Source: Peribolospora baueri (lineage: Eukaryota). Taken from it: a DNA stretch of 64,000 bases. The stretch covers positions 186,001 to 250,000 of the forward strand of contig JAMDHS010000004.1 in the NCBI GenBank assembly GCA_029717555.1. The letters run 5' to 3'. The translations under genes and the position numbers were made by a program. This document shows, piece after piece, positions 1 through 12,620 of the stretch (positions are counted from its first letter, which is position 1; the number at the start of each line of letters is the position of its first letter). The notes beneath the pieces were generated by a model. It did not search any database and had not been told where the DNA came from. It was given only the letters and a program-made list of their open reading frames with translations.

Positions 1-1600
1 CCTCGCCCCGGAGATCGTCCTTCGTCTCCGTCCGTCCGTTCGTCGTGGATGGATAGCAAGCTGATCGGAATATGAAAATGAAGCGCGTCACCGCATCCCG
101 GCGGTTCGATGGACCCTGAATGTGGGACACCCAACGTCCAATCCGCCCGTCCCCCGCAGTACCGGTAGGCGAAGGAAAGACGGGATGAGGTGTGATGACG
201 CACGCTGTCTTATCGCTGGCGACTGACACCTCTTCGTTCCCGATCACATCACACCTCCGGCGGTCGTCGTCGTCGCCGGCGGCAGCATGGCTCCAAGCCA
301 GGCCATCACTCGATCGACCTGAATCACAGCAGCGCGCGCCTCCCCTCGCTCGTCTCGTCTCGTTCGTCACTCACTCACTCACTCGCTCGCTCACCTGATT
401 AGGGAAAAAGGGGCGGATGCCGATGCGGAGCGCTCGGTTCCTGATTCACGCGCAGGTCCGGTCGGTCCGGTGCGGTGAAAGTGGGCGGCCGATCGACTGG
501 ACTGGACTTGGCCTAGACTGGATCGGTGCGGGATGTTGGTGTGACTGGGTGGCTCAATGTGTTCCAAGGCGATGGAGGGCCTGGGAGGACGGCGACGGAA
601 GTGCAAGTAGGCACGCAATTGGCAATCGAATCGAGGGGGGGTTGTCTCGGGCTGCGGAGCGGCGGGCAGGTGGGGTGGCGGGCTGGTCCAAAACGAAAAG
701 GATGGAAGGGTGGGTGTGAGACAGGGAGCGAATAGGAAGGAGCGGTGAGATCCACACACCTCGTTTTGTTTGTGTCTTTTTTTTCTTTTCGTTTCGGGTT
801 TGGGTGGGATGGATGGAGGAGGGAGGGATGAAGGATGGATGGATGGGCTGGAGCGGGTGTAGAGAGATAGAGCGAAGTGTCCGACGACGCGTGCGTGGCG
901 ACGACGAGGCGACGACGACGGCGACCGACGGCCTGGAGCGGCCTAACGACCAACTGGCCTTGGCTGGCTGGCGGCCCAGCGGACTGGACTCCGACTGGAC
1001 TGGCCTCGACTCGACTGACTGGCCGGCCTGACCGACCCGACCAACGACGGCCTCGGCCTCCGCCGTCCAGCCGTCTCCCGCGTGCTCGCCGCAGTTGCCC
1101 CCGCCCTTCTCCTTCCATCCGACCACGTTCCCTCCGACGCCGACTCCGGTCCACTGTATGTACGCAAACAAGTACAAGGAGGGAGAGGGAGGGAACGCTT
1201 GGCCAGCCGTCGTCCTCTATCCTATCCTTGTCGTGTCGTCCCGTCCGACGCCGAGGCCACCCATCCTCGTTTCTTCTCGTTTCTTCTCTTCTCTTCTTCA
1301 GTCACCGCGGGCGGGCAGGCATCGTCAGACGAAAGCCACGTCACGTCACGTCGCGCGCGACCGTACATCGATTGGATTTTACCCACTTCCCGTGGAAAAA
1401 ACAAAAGAAATGAAAAAAGGGAGAGGAGTAGAGCAAGGTCGAAGACCGGCGGAAGGAGGAGAAAATAAGAAAGACCACGTTTCGGACCGTGCGATGGGAG
1501 GAGAAGGAACAGGTACACGTACACGTACGCGTACGGGTACGGTCAGTGGACGAGACACCAACCAAACCAGGCCAGTTCCTCTCTCTTCCACCCGTTCCAT

Positions 1601-2277
1601 TCACAGCACCGCAACCCCGCCCACGACGCCCAAGCCGACAAGACCGGCGACGACGGCGGCCCCCCATACGGGCAGCGAGGCGCCGGAACTGGTGTGCCCC
1701 GAGAAGGCTGCGGTCGGAGAGGACTTGCTCGTCGCTGCCTCCGCCAGGGCAGAGGACATGGAGCTGGAGAAGTAAAGCGCGCATTCGCCCTGCACCGAAG
1801 GAGGGAAGGGAAAGGACGGATGAGGAGTGAACTGAATGACCTTTGATCAGACTACTCTCTCTCCTCGACCGACGATCGCGCTCTCACATCCGCGAGGGCC
1901 GTCGCGTTGGCAAGCTCCTGGGGGCAAGCAGTTGACCGACGTCGAATTGAAGGCGGGGCTTTCCGGGGCAATGCGATGAAAGAAGAGAAGAGAGGGTATG
2001 TGTGCGATATAAAACACGGTCCGGTGCAGTGTACGCCCGACGGGTCTGGCCAGGACGACAGAGGCAAGGCTCACCTATTGCACCAGCAGGCCATGTTGGT
2101 CGGCGCGCATCCGGAAGCGGTGAGTGCCTGGCCGGCGCAGTTCTGTACGCATGCAGGCAACGAGGTCGCGCTCGCCTGGCGCGCGTACAAGACGCGGTCC
2201 GGCGTGACGGACGCCAAGGCCGGGGTGGAGGCCAAGAAACCGGGGAGGAGCGAGAGGGAGAGGTAGGTGGAGTCCAT
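1601..2277 (-). CDS. CFEM-domain secreted/GPI-anchored protein; 3 exons (2277-2075, 1958-1888, 1789-1601); apparent frameshift in exon 2 (possible pseudogene or assembly error)
   Basis: Signal peptide MDSTYLSLSLLPGFLASTPALA; CFEM Cys pattern LPACVQNC...SGCAPTNMACWC...VNC...GEC; Ser/Thr/Ala-rich spacer and hydrophobic GPI-like C-terminus (SGASLPVWGAAVVAGLVGLGVVGGVAVL); GTGAG donors. Confidence 0.8.
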
Positions 2278-3440
2278 TTTTGTAGGTCGTGTCGCTGTAG
2301 AAATTTCTTGGAGGAGAGCTCGATGCTTCCTCAGGCAAGGGTAAATATGTGAGCAGTTAGGTGGTCCCGAGCGAGGGAACGGAGACGAGGCTGAATGAAA
2401 GCTGGCTGGGAGGGACAAAGGCAGTCGTCCGTCCCCGTTATATGTATGCCCGTCCAGCAAAGTGCGAGGTGGGCGATGTGCGTGAAGCCCGCGCACATTC
2501 CTTCTCTCCCCGGACGGATTTCCTATTGCCTCTCAACTTTGGTCCCACACAAAGATGATCAGCGGCCCCGCCTGCGACCTTGGCTGAGGCAAGGAAAGAA
2601 AGAGCCGAGCAAAAGAAAAGCATCAGGAACGACCAAGGTACCTTTAGTGGCGGACCGACGCGGGCGGGCGGAGGAGAAAAGACGGCGGACGGCCATCCAT
2701 CCCGCCGAGGGCAGGTACGTCCCTCAAGCAGTCTCAAGCCGACGAGATGGAGGAGTGACCGAAAGTGCGTGAGCGTCCCTAATAAGGCTCCCACGCCTTC
2801 GTTTCCCCGGCCTGACCGGGTCTTTCCCACCGTCGACAGCGCATGCCTTACCGTACAGACTGCAGCGCTTGCCTATAGCTTGCTGACCACCACCCTGCAG
2901 ACAGACATAGGTGAGACGTAATGAGCCTGACATCCTTGTCGTTCCCACCTCGCATCCCGCCATTGTTCTCCCGCATGTGGGGCTTGCGGCGACCTGTGCC
3001 GCACCAACGCGACCGTTAACAATCCCACGCCTTCGCATCGTGGACAATCACGAGAGGCGGCCCCAACGATCACAACGGCTCGGTGCACTGATGTCGAAAG
3101 CGGAATGCGTTGCAATTTGTACTGCCGATACGATCGCCGCGGTAGCGATGTACAGGGCAACAAGCACCGGGAGAGAGCGTGCTCCAAGAAAATGGAGCCA
3201 ACTGCGTCTGTCCAGGTGCAAGCAAATGCAACGACCTTTCTGGTACCGCAGCCTCCGGCCTCCGGCCTATTATGAACTTCCATGCGCGAGCCCCGTTCGT
3301 TCCAGTGACCGATCGATAGCACGCATCTTGTACGTAATAAGGACGGCCACGCATTCGTTCAAAGACCGTTCCTTCTTCCCTCTTTCCCCTCCTCCTGCCT
3401 TCGTCGTCGCTTTGACTAGGCCGGCCAGCTTGACGGGCGC

Positions 3441-5829
3441 TCAAAGGTTGTAAACCGAGCTGGAAAAACAAAGAGACACGAGACAATCCGGAGCAAAATA
3501 CGGATCAACAATCTTTCACCAACGCCAATCGCATCGAGGACGACAGACGAGCACGAGCACGAGGAAGAAAACCGGTCACTTACACGTTCTTCTTCGGAGG
3601 AACGCGGATGCTCGAGTGGTTCGCGACGCCCTCGATGCGGTGGTACGCGTTGAGGTTCTTGTGCAGAGTGATCTGGAATACCGACGCGCCGCCTTGGCTG
3701 AAGACGTGCGAGGAGGCGTCGATGCGAAGAAGGCGAATGCGACGTCGGACGGCGCTTCAGCATGCGCTCGACGAGATCGGATGCGTGTGCACCACAAGAC
3801 GCTGACTCACCGAGAAGTGATAACCGAGCTGGCGAGGAAGTACTCCCAGATGCGGTACCACCTCTGGCCGTACTTGGCCACCACCTTCTCCTTGTTGGAG
3901 AGCCAGTTCTTGTACCACCGCCAGATCGTGGCGCTGTAGTGTACCCCGAGAACGTCGATGTTCTTGACCTCGAACCCGGCAGCCTCCAACTGGTGACGGC
4001 AAGACGAACGTCGAGCGAGCCGCTAAGCAAAGCCTACTCGCTCGATACAAGCAAAGGCGATCGCTCACCTGATTGATGACCCAGCCAAGAGAGCAACTGG
4101 CGTCTGCGCCAGGGAAGACATACTTGTTCATGAAGAGACCCCTGTTCGTGGGAAAGAGAGAGAATATAAGACCGGATCCTAGTGTTTAAAAGAAAATTGC
4201 GACGCCAAATGCGGTGACGTACCAGATGAGATCCTCGTACTGCCAGCTTGGCCTGATTCCAGCGACCTGCAGGACGAAGGTACCGTCATCGTCGAGAAGA
4301 TCGTACACCTGCCTCAGGAAGGAACCATAACGACGGATGCCAACGTGCTGCAAGAAAAATGACAAACGAGCGGCATCAGAGTCGATGCAGGCACCTCGGC
4401 AGTCTGCTGCAACCTAATCCAGCATGCCAGAGCAGGCGGCTATACGCACTTCGGCCATCTCAAGCGACACAATCTTGGTATAATATCCAGGTGTCTTGGG
4501 AATCTCGCGGTAGTCCAAACAGAGGATCCTCGCCTGGCTCTCAGGCACGCCGGCGCGGCGGATCCTGTCGTTTCCAAACTTTGTCTGGTTCTTGCCAAGC
4601 GTGATGCCTGTCACGTCGCAATCATAGTTCTTCGCCGCATACGCCGCCAAGGTTCCCCAGCCGCAGCCAATGTCGAGAACACGGTCACCTGGTTGGAGGT
4701 CGAGCTTGTCGCAGACAATGGCCAGCTTGTTGTCCTGAAGCTCTTCCAAAGTCTCATATTTGGTCGCGTCCGAGACCATGCCGGAAGTGTAGATCATCTG
4801 GGGACCGAGGAACCTGGTACGAACCAGATGAAGCGATCGATCAGCGAACATGCATCCCAAAAGTAGTCGGATTGCAGTGACACTCACCACTCGTAAAAGT
4901 CATCTCCCCTGTCGTAGTGATCCCTAACCTGCTCCTCATCCTGGGATTGAGAGTGGAGGATGACCTCTGGAAGCATCCTGGTAAAAACGTACTTGAACAG
5001 CTCCAGGGTGAAAACCGGAGCTGCCCAGTCGTGCCGGTACTCAAGAATATCGAGCATGTCACCTGCAAGGGACAATGAGACAGGCAGTCAAAGGTACGAT
5101 AGGGGAAAAAAAAGAACCTCAGCCGAGCTGATTCGACTGAAATGGAGGAGACGGTCACCACCTACCCTTAACGTCGATCTTGCTCTCAAAGAAAGAGTCG
5201 TGGAAGATCTGCAAAGGAATTTTGCCCGACTTTCCAGCGTTGCCATACTCCTTCCTGAGGCGCTCATCCTTGAAATCGAGATAGTCCTCCACAGGCTTGC
5301 CAGGCAACGCGCACTTCTCATTCTTCCGCGGACCATAGCGGCTCATGACCCACCAGTAGCCAACGGTGACGGGGAGGCCGATGAGAGCGGTGAGGAAGAA
5401 GTAAGCGAACCAAGAGAAGTGAGAGGGCTTGAGGAAGGGCACCATGCGAATCAACACGGCGGGCGTGAAGAAGACGAGGAGGGCGAGGACGACGTTGGAG
5501 AACGTGCCGTTGCCCTCCATCGGCAAGGGAGCATTCTTGATGGTCGGGTACGTGGTCGTGCGCACGCCCACGCCGGGGGTAGAGCCGGCGGGCGAAGAGA
5601 AGGTCTCCCTCGTTTTGGCCCGCTCTGCGGGCGAGGAAGCGCCAGGTCCGGCGGAGACGTAGCGCGCGGCGGACTTGGGCTCAATAGCTGGGGCGCTTGC
5701 CGAAGGAGAGATGGGCTTCGCGGCGTCGGAGGCGGTAGCGTTGGTGGTCGTCTCAACCGCCGGCGACGCGGCTTGCTCCTGAGCGGCCGAGCCCGGGTGG
5801 GCGGCGGCCGAATCGCTAATGTCAGACAT
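3441..5829 (-). CDS. Sphingolipid C9-methyltransferase (cyclopropane-fatty-acyl-phospholipid synthase family), multi-exon
   Basis: Two N-terminal TM segments; motifs HSQSQDEEQVRDHYDRGDDFY, FLGPQMIYTSG, SAM-binding VLDIGCGWGT, KIVSLEMAEHVG, FMNKYVFPGADAS, GVHYSATIWRW. Confidence 0.92.
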
Positions 5830-5919
5830 GATGGTCTGGAAGGTGACAAGAGCTGCCAGTGCTGCTGCTCAGTCTTCAGACGGCAGGTGACGGCGAGGAC
5901 AAACAGCGGCGCGCCCCGT

Positions 5920-5938
5920 GGTTAGGGTTAGGGTTGGG
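5920..5938 (+). repeat. Short interstitial telomere-like tract GG(TTAGGG)2TTGGG
   Basis: Read directly: ggttagggttagggttggg, ~90 bp upstream of the methyltransferase ATG. Confidence 0.75.
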
Positions 5939-6102
5939 AACGCCGGCGCCTACACGAGCGGTCTACCTCCATTACGCCGAAGACGTGAAGCGAGTGAGAG
6001 TCTTTGGCTCTTCTATCCGAACCAGCTCCTTCCTCCAAAATATCCTCTAGACCAGCCTATAATACAGGACAGCACGGATGAAATCTGGAGTAGGTGAAGG
6101 GA

Positions 6103-8617
6103 TCACAACCACTGAAACGCGAGAGAAAGAAACCCAAAATGAGCACTGCCGTCAGTCTAACGGTCCCAAACTTGCTCCCGGTCCAGGCTCATGGCCAGAC
6201 GGGTTGTAAACCATTTAATGCTCACTTCAATCGTCCCAGGAGGCTTCGAGGTCAAGTCATAGACCACCCTGTTCACGCCCTGTACCTCGTTGGTGATACG
6301 AGACGATATCTTGCGCAAGACGGCGCTGGGGAAGTCATACCCTGCGAGGTGACCCGTCAAGCAAATAGACAGAGAGAGGGTGAAAAGAGACACAGGAAAG
6401 ACAGTCAGAGCACACACATAGGGAAAAAAAAAATTAAACTTCGGGCGCTCAGAAAGTCGCTCACATTCCGCGGTCATGAAGTCGACAGTGGTAGCTGCGC
6501 GGAGGGCGATGACCTGTTCATAAGTTCTCTTGTCGCCCTGCACACCCACAGCTCGAACGGGAAGCAGAACGGCGAAAGCCTGGCTGATTTCGTCGTAGAT
6601 TCCAGCTATGCGGATCTCCTCGATGTAGATCGAGTCGGCGTGCTGGGGAGCCGGAGTACGCGGCAGTAGAGGATGCAGTGACGTAAGTGCCAGAGGTCTA
6701 CGACATGCAGTAAGGGAGCAGGCACTCGCAGGGCAGAACCAGCGATAAGTCGACACAGACTTACCTGCAAGGTCTTGACCTGCGACTCGGTAACCTCTCC
6801 CAAAATGCGGATGGCCAAGCCCGGTCCGGGGAAAGGGTGACGACCGACAAGGTGGGCGGGGATGCCGAGAAGTCGTCCGAGAGCGCGAACCTCGTCTGCT
6901 CGGCGCCCGAGAGTGGAGAGAAGGATTCAATGAGAAGCTATCCACTTGGAAAGGTTGGTCAATTCGAACCTGTCACTAACCCTTGAACAGCTCGCGAAGC
7001 GGCTCGATAAGCTTGAGCTTCATGTCGTCGAGCAGCCCGCCGACATTGTGATGCGTCTTAATGGTGGCGCTGGGGCCCTTGAAACTGATGCTCTCGATGA
7101 CGTCTGGGTAAAGCGTGCCCTGAAGAAGCCATTCAATCTTGCCCTTCGACGCCCCTGTTCCCTTCGTCTCCAGCTCCTCCTCCGCCTCTGCCTCGATCCT
7201 GGCAGCCTCGGCTTCGAACACCTCAATGAAAGTGTTGCCGATGATCTTGCGCTTTTTCTCTGGGTCTTCCACCCCCTTGAGCTTGGAGAGGAACACGCCT
7301 CCGGCGTGTACGACGGTCAAGTTGACGCCCAAGTCCTCCGAGAGCATCTTGCGCACCTGCGCGGCCTCGTTGAGTCGCAAGACGCCGTTGTCGACCATGA
7401 TGGCGTGGAAGCGATCGCCAATGGCCTCGTGCATCAGCTTGGCCGCGACAGAAGAGTCCACACCGCCGCTCACGGCGCCAACCACTTGGCCGTGCTCGCC
7501 CACGATGTCCCGAATGCGACGGATCTCCTTGTCGATGAAAGTTTCCTAACGGGTTTGCGAAGAAGAAGAGCTTGTGAGCAGACTGGTACAGTGCAGAGCT
7601 AAGAAGACTAAGCCTTTGAGGTCCACGCACCATGTTCCAGTTCCTTCGGCAACCACATATCCGGTCTACAAAGCTCTCGAAGAGCTCCTTTCCTCGCGGA
7701 GAATGGGTCACCTCCGGGTGGAACTGAATACCAAAGAATGGCTTGGACTCGTGGGCGATCGCCGCGTAAGGTGCTGTCGGAGTCTTCGCAACAACCTTGA
7801 AATTCGGTGGGCAGGAGGAGAGCTGGTCACCGTGGGACATCCAGACCTGCCAGGAGGGAGTGAAGCGGGTATGGTCCAGGCCCGTCAGAACCTTTCAGGG
7901 AAGTGAACCTCAGGAGCGCGTTGCTCCTCTCCGTCTATGTTCCAAGCTACTGAGGTTTGCTCCCGGGATAAGCGCTTCGCTCTCCACTTCATCGCTCTGG
8001 CATCACTCACCGGCATCTCTCCTTGAATCCAGTCAAACAGCCTGTCTACATGATCATCACCGTGCTTGACGACAGTAACCATCGCATGTCCGTATTCGCG
8101 GTGATCGTGCGGGTCTACCTTGCCTCCGTGATTCCATGCCATTTCCTGCCAGAGCCAAAAAGCCAAGAAAGCAGAGACGCCCATGCGTAAATCAACATCA
8201 CAGCACTTCATGGCGCATGAGACAAAGTCGGGTGCGCTTCACCTGCAGACCGTAGCAAATTCCCAGCACCGGCACGCCATAGTCGAACACGGCCGGGTCG
8301 ACGCGCGGAGCGCCGTCTTCGTACACAGAATAGGGCGAACCGGAGAGAATGATGCCTGCACATAAAAGGGTAAGAAAAAGCACAGAAACGGTGAGAAATT
8401 TGGCAACGGGCATATGTTCATCCATACGTCGTAGCTACGCCACATCACGGACCAACTCACCTTTAGGCTTCCAATCGAGGTCCTTGATTTTCTGCGTACA
8501 AGGCAGCATCTCGCAGTACACATTGAGCTCGCGACATCTTCTAGTGATGAGGTGGGAGTACTGCGAGCCAAAGTCGAGGATGAGAATCGAGTCGTACTCG
8601 CTGTGGATGGCCGCCAT
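6103..8617 (-). CDS. GUA1: GMP synthase (glutamine-hydrolysing), multi-exon
   Basis: [101 protein letters not shown]. Confidence 0.97.
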
Positions 8618-8833
8618 GGTGGACGACGGCGAACGAACGGCCTGTTTGAGCGGGAAGGGGAAAAGGTGAGTCTTGGAAAGGAAGGATGAGGTCGCAGAAG
8701 CATGACTACGGCAGCAAACAAGAACTGCGGCATGCCTTTTCCGACGCGAGATAAACCCCGATAAGGCAGTTTGCTAGTCATGTGATCAATTATGTGACCA
8801 TCTTCTTGTGGAATCCCGCGAAAAGAAAGACGT

Positions 8834-8891
8834 ACAACCCCTGCCCAGTCTCCGTTCTCTAACACAACCTCTGCCCAGTCTCCGTTCTCTA
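8834..8891. repeat. Two-copy tandem repeat with 30-bp period, flanked by AGACGT direct repeats
   Basis: acaacc(c/t)ctgcccagtctccgttctcta at 8834-8861 and 8864-8891; agacgt at 8828-8833 and 8891-8896. Confidence 0.85.
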
Positions 8892-9421
8892 GACGTTTAA
8901 GAGGGAGGAGGTGGCGGACATAGGCTGTGTTAGGGCGGGGATTCCACATTCTCTTCGGCAACCGCTTCTTTCATCTGCCGTCCCTCCCACTTCATACCGT
9001 GCGTCGGAGCAGTCATAGTCGGAATTGACATGGATGAGCTCAGGGATAGCGGCAGTTCCAGACGCTGGTGCCCGTGCAATTACTCCGTCTGTGAGGCATG
9101 TGGCTTCTCTCGTGCTCCGTCAGTACTGATGCAGAACGATTTTCATGGTCGAACGTAATGAGTGTATGGCTCCGAAAAGCTATATATGTGGATGGATGCG
9201 AGCTACAGGAATAGAAATGCGCAAGGATAAACGCATGGACGGTATGCGGAGGAGAGACGGCCAGAACAGACAGAAAAGCATGCAAACGCGTCGGGGGCGA
9301 GGAGCTCCACCGCAGCGAAGGCCGAACGCACGAGTGCGACCAAGAAAGTCGCTCGCTCTTCCAACCTCGATAATCTTTAGGCACTCTATACCATCAGCAC
9401 CTTCCTCTCCGGCCCTCTGCA

Positions 9422-11945
9422 TCAGCCCTCGTTCTCCGCCTCGTTCCCTCTATTCGGCACCTCCTCCTCGTCGTCGCTCTCAGGAAGCACCTCACCCGCC
9501 GTCACCCTGCCACCGGCGACCTCAACCTCGTCCTTCAAGACCTCTCCTTCTCCGGCACCGGCCTGCTTGTCGGACGATCCCTTCCCATCCATGCCGTCGA
9601 GCGCACCAGCAAACTGATCCTTGATCCGAGACCGCTCCTCACCGGGCTTGAGCACCGAAGAGTCGGGAATGATGCCCTTTGGGTTGAGGTAATCGAAGTC
9701 TGGGCCGGTGTATACTTCCAAGTAGTTGAGCCATTTTGCGAACCTGTACATTCGACAAGAAGGCACCGTGGGACGAATCGTGCAGGGATAGGGTCAGTGC
9801 TGGCTTCTTACTGGCCAGCGGCAAGGATCGAGAATAAGCGAAGCGGACCCACTCGTCATTAGCGTTTTCCTCCGCCACGATCTTGTCATAAATGTGAGCT
9901 TGTTTGAAAGTCTCCATCTTCTCCTGGAACGCGTCATACAGAATTGGCTCCCTTTTGGAGGCTTCCTCCTCCGCCGACCTATCTGCTTTGTCTTTATTAC
10001 TTTCCTCTAACACCGGTTGCTGCTGCTCTTTGCCGTCGGCATGGCCCGCAGCCGTCGCCTTGTCGCGCCGCTTTCGCTCCAATTTGGCATCAATCTTGGC
10101 GTTGTTCTCGGCGATGCGCTTGTTGTAATTGCCGAAGAAGGGCTCTTCTAGCAACAGACCCAAGCCGGGAGCCTTAGGGACGTGAATGCGCGACGGTCCG
10201 TACGTCTCCGGGATGAGAGTGTGCGGCGTGCCAGTTCGGCAGACGAGAACGAGGAGGCCGATCATCTTGCGCTGTTGCAGAAAGAAGAGCAGATCAGTCC
10301 GGCGGGACCTTTGACATCTTTCAGGCCTTGAAAACTCTCCCCCTCCTACTCACGATTTGGTGTAGCATAAACGCCTGGCCGTGGAGCTTGATTGAAATCC
10401 ATTCAATCCCGTCAATGACTTGCGGGTCACTAACCTACGAGGACAGGGAATGTAACAGACCACTGTCAGGATACGGATGAATGGGTCGGTTGTAGGGGAA
10501 TAGTGCCAGAACTCACCACAAGCTTTTTCATGAACCTCTGAGCGCTACGGTCCCTAAACGACTTTCCGACGGTGAAATTGTAGAAATTGTGTGCGCCCTC
10601 GTACTCTGCGAACGTCTTCCTCACTCGCTCCAGCGTCTCCGCATCGATCCTCCAGCGCTTCTTGGCCGCGACGTCCTCCTTGAACGATCCATCGAGACCT
10701 TGTTCCTTCCAGAAAGGGTGGACACTTGGGTCGTTGAGCAGGCCTGTTTCTGGTTTCGCAGCGGCGTTGGCGCTCGACGAAGGCTTGGAGCCCGCTGCCA
10801 TGCGCCGTACCGTGAGGTCCATGCACGTGCCGGGCTTGGGAGGTATGAAGACATAGGTCGGCAGGAGATACTCGTACATGCGCGAATCGCAGCTCATCCG
10901 CGCGTTGAAGCCGTTCTGCACGCGCGTGAAGCCCCAGATGCGGATCTGGTCAGGAAGGAGAGAGTTGAGGTGCGCCACGAGATCGGAAATGCCCGGGACG
11001 TTGACGATCATTTTGAGAGTCAGGAGGTTGCCAGCTGCATGCACACCAGCGTCGGTCCGTGCTGCTCGCTGGAGATTGACCTGTCCAGTCCGCAAGAAAT
11101 GTAGATGAGCTTCGATTCGACTGTTCCTGTTGGACGTTATCATGTAAAAAAGACAAACCTTGGTAGGATCAGTCGAATTGTCTTTGCTTACAGCGCCGGC
11201 TTTGCAGAGGGCACCGAAAATGTCCCCCTCGATTGTCCTGACTCCGTGATTCCTATAGAACGAAAAGTACATTTTATGGGACACGTGGGTCTGTGGTAAG
11301 TTTCTAATCTGCTTGCGCTTCGGATTGAAGATCAGGGCCAACCACTCACACCTGCAGGCCGGAATAACCAGTTCCACAGTAACCGAAGTAGAGAGCAACC
11401 TTACGTTTCTGAGGTGATATAACGTATTGAAAACAAGTCAACGCAGAATGAGCATGTAATCCTCCAATGCATCAACAGCCGGCCAGACCCTAACTTACCG
11501 GCAAGCGCGTCTTGCCCTCCTCGCTCTCCTCCTTGTCCCTTGACTCCAGGGTTCCCGTGTCCCGGTTCTGCTTGGCTTCCCCGCGGTTCTTGTTGTCCCG
11601 CTCATCAACTTCTCCCCTGCCCGCTCCGTCGCCACCCTTGTCCCGATACCGTCCTCGACCGGCTTTCATCCTGCCTTTGCCCCGGCCAGGACCACGCCCA
11701 CGTCCTCGGCCCGATCCCCTTCCGCACTCTCCCCTTCCTCCATCTCTGTCCTCGCCTTTCCTCTCTTCCTTCATGTCGCCTTCTTTAGAACGTTCCACGT
11801 CTATATCCTCTTCGAGCTTGGCGCGCTTCGAGCTAGGCGCATCGACAACAGATTCGATCGCTTGGTGCTGAACTCCTGAAGACGCCAGGGTGTCGCGCTC
11901 CCCTCGAGCGCGTTTCAAACCACCGTCGGCAGACGAACAAATCAT
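9422..11945 (-). CDS. PUS1: tRNA pseudouridine synthase (TruA family, Pus1-like), multi-exon; start codon uncertain
   Basis: [19 protein letters not shown], catalytic [67 protein letters not shown]. Confidence 0.93.
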
Positions 11946-12620
11946 TTCCAAAGATTGAGACCGACTCTTGGTATCGACGTTAATAATCCAACCGAAGTAC
12001 CGGAGCGGCTTGCTTGTAGAGCCAAAAGTGGAACGACTAGTCGGAAATTCAAAAGGGGAGGCAAATGTCGTACACAAAAGAGGCCAGAGGCCGAAGAGTC
12101 GATTAGCAAGTCAAGTGGATGGCTGCAATAACTAGCCAAAAAGGACATGCTCCTTTCATGTCGTCGCGCCCCCCCTCTCCTCTCCTGAGAGGCGGAAACA
12201 TGCCACGCAAAACAAAACGAACCTTGGCAAGACACTTCGATCGGCGGGTTTGGCAAGCCAGTTCCTTGTCAGTGCTTCTTTCGAAGCAAATGTGCTAGCC
12301 AACCAAAGCCGAAGTCGAGAAAACAAGGCTGATAAACCGTCCAGCTAGGAAGAAGGGATTCGGAACCGGCGGTCGTGCTTGGAGAAAACGAAACAATGGG
12401 ATCTGATGTGAGTAGTCGGCCGGTGAAGGGCGAAACAAGATTTCGAACGTTGATCGGTGCGGCTTTGGTCAAAGCTCCGCCTTTGGCCGTCTATGTCCGG
12501 CAGGTGGCGACTCCCTCCCGCTACGCTTTGCCGGTCCCTCGAGTTGCACAACCGCACCTTCATCCTTGATTCGAACGTCCACCCAGTCCATCCATGAAGG
12601 AGAGCGGGAGCCAGTTCGGA

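Noticed and set aside
1..1500. Overlapping Arg/Pro/Ser-rich ORFs at the window start
   Set aside because: Low-complexity, microsatellite-like sequence; probably UTR/promoter of an off-window gene (possible minus-strand donor at 394). No family recognised.
8239..8961. 240-aa ORF with LENGDWAEVV repeat
   Set aside because: Runs out of frame through GUA1 exon and intron sequence; the peptide repeat merely translates the 30-bp DNA duplication.
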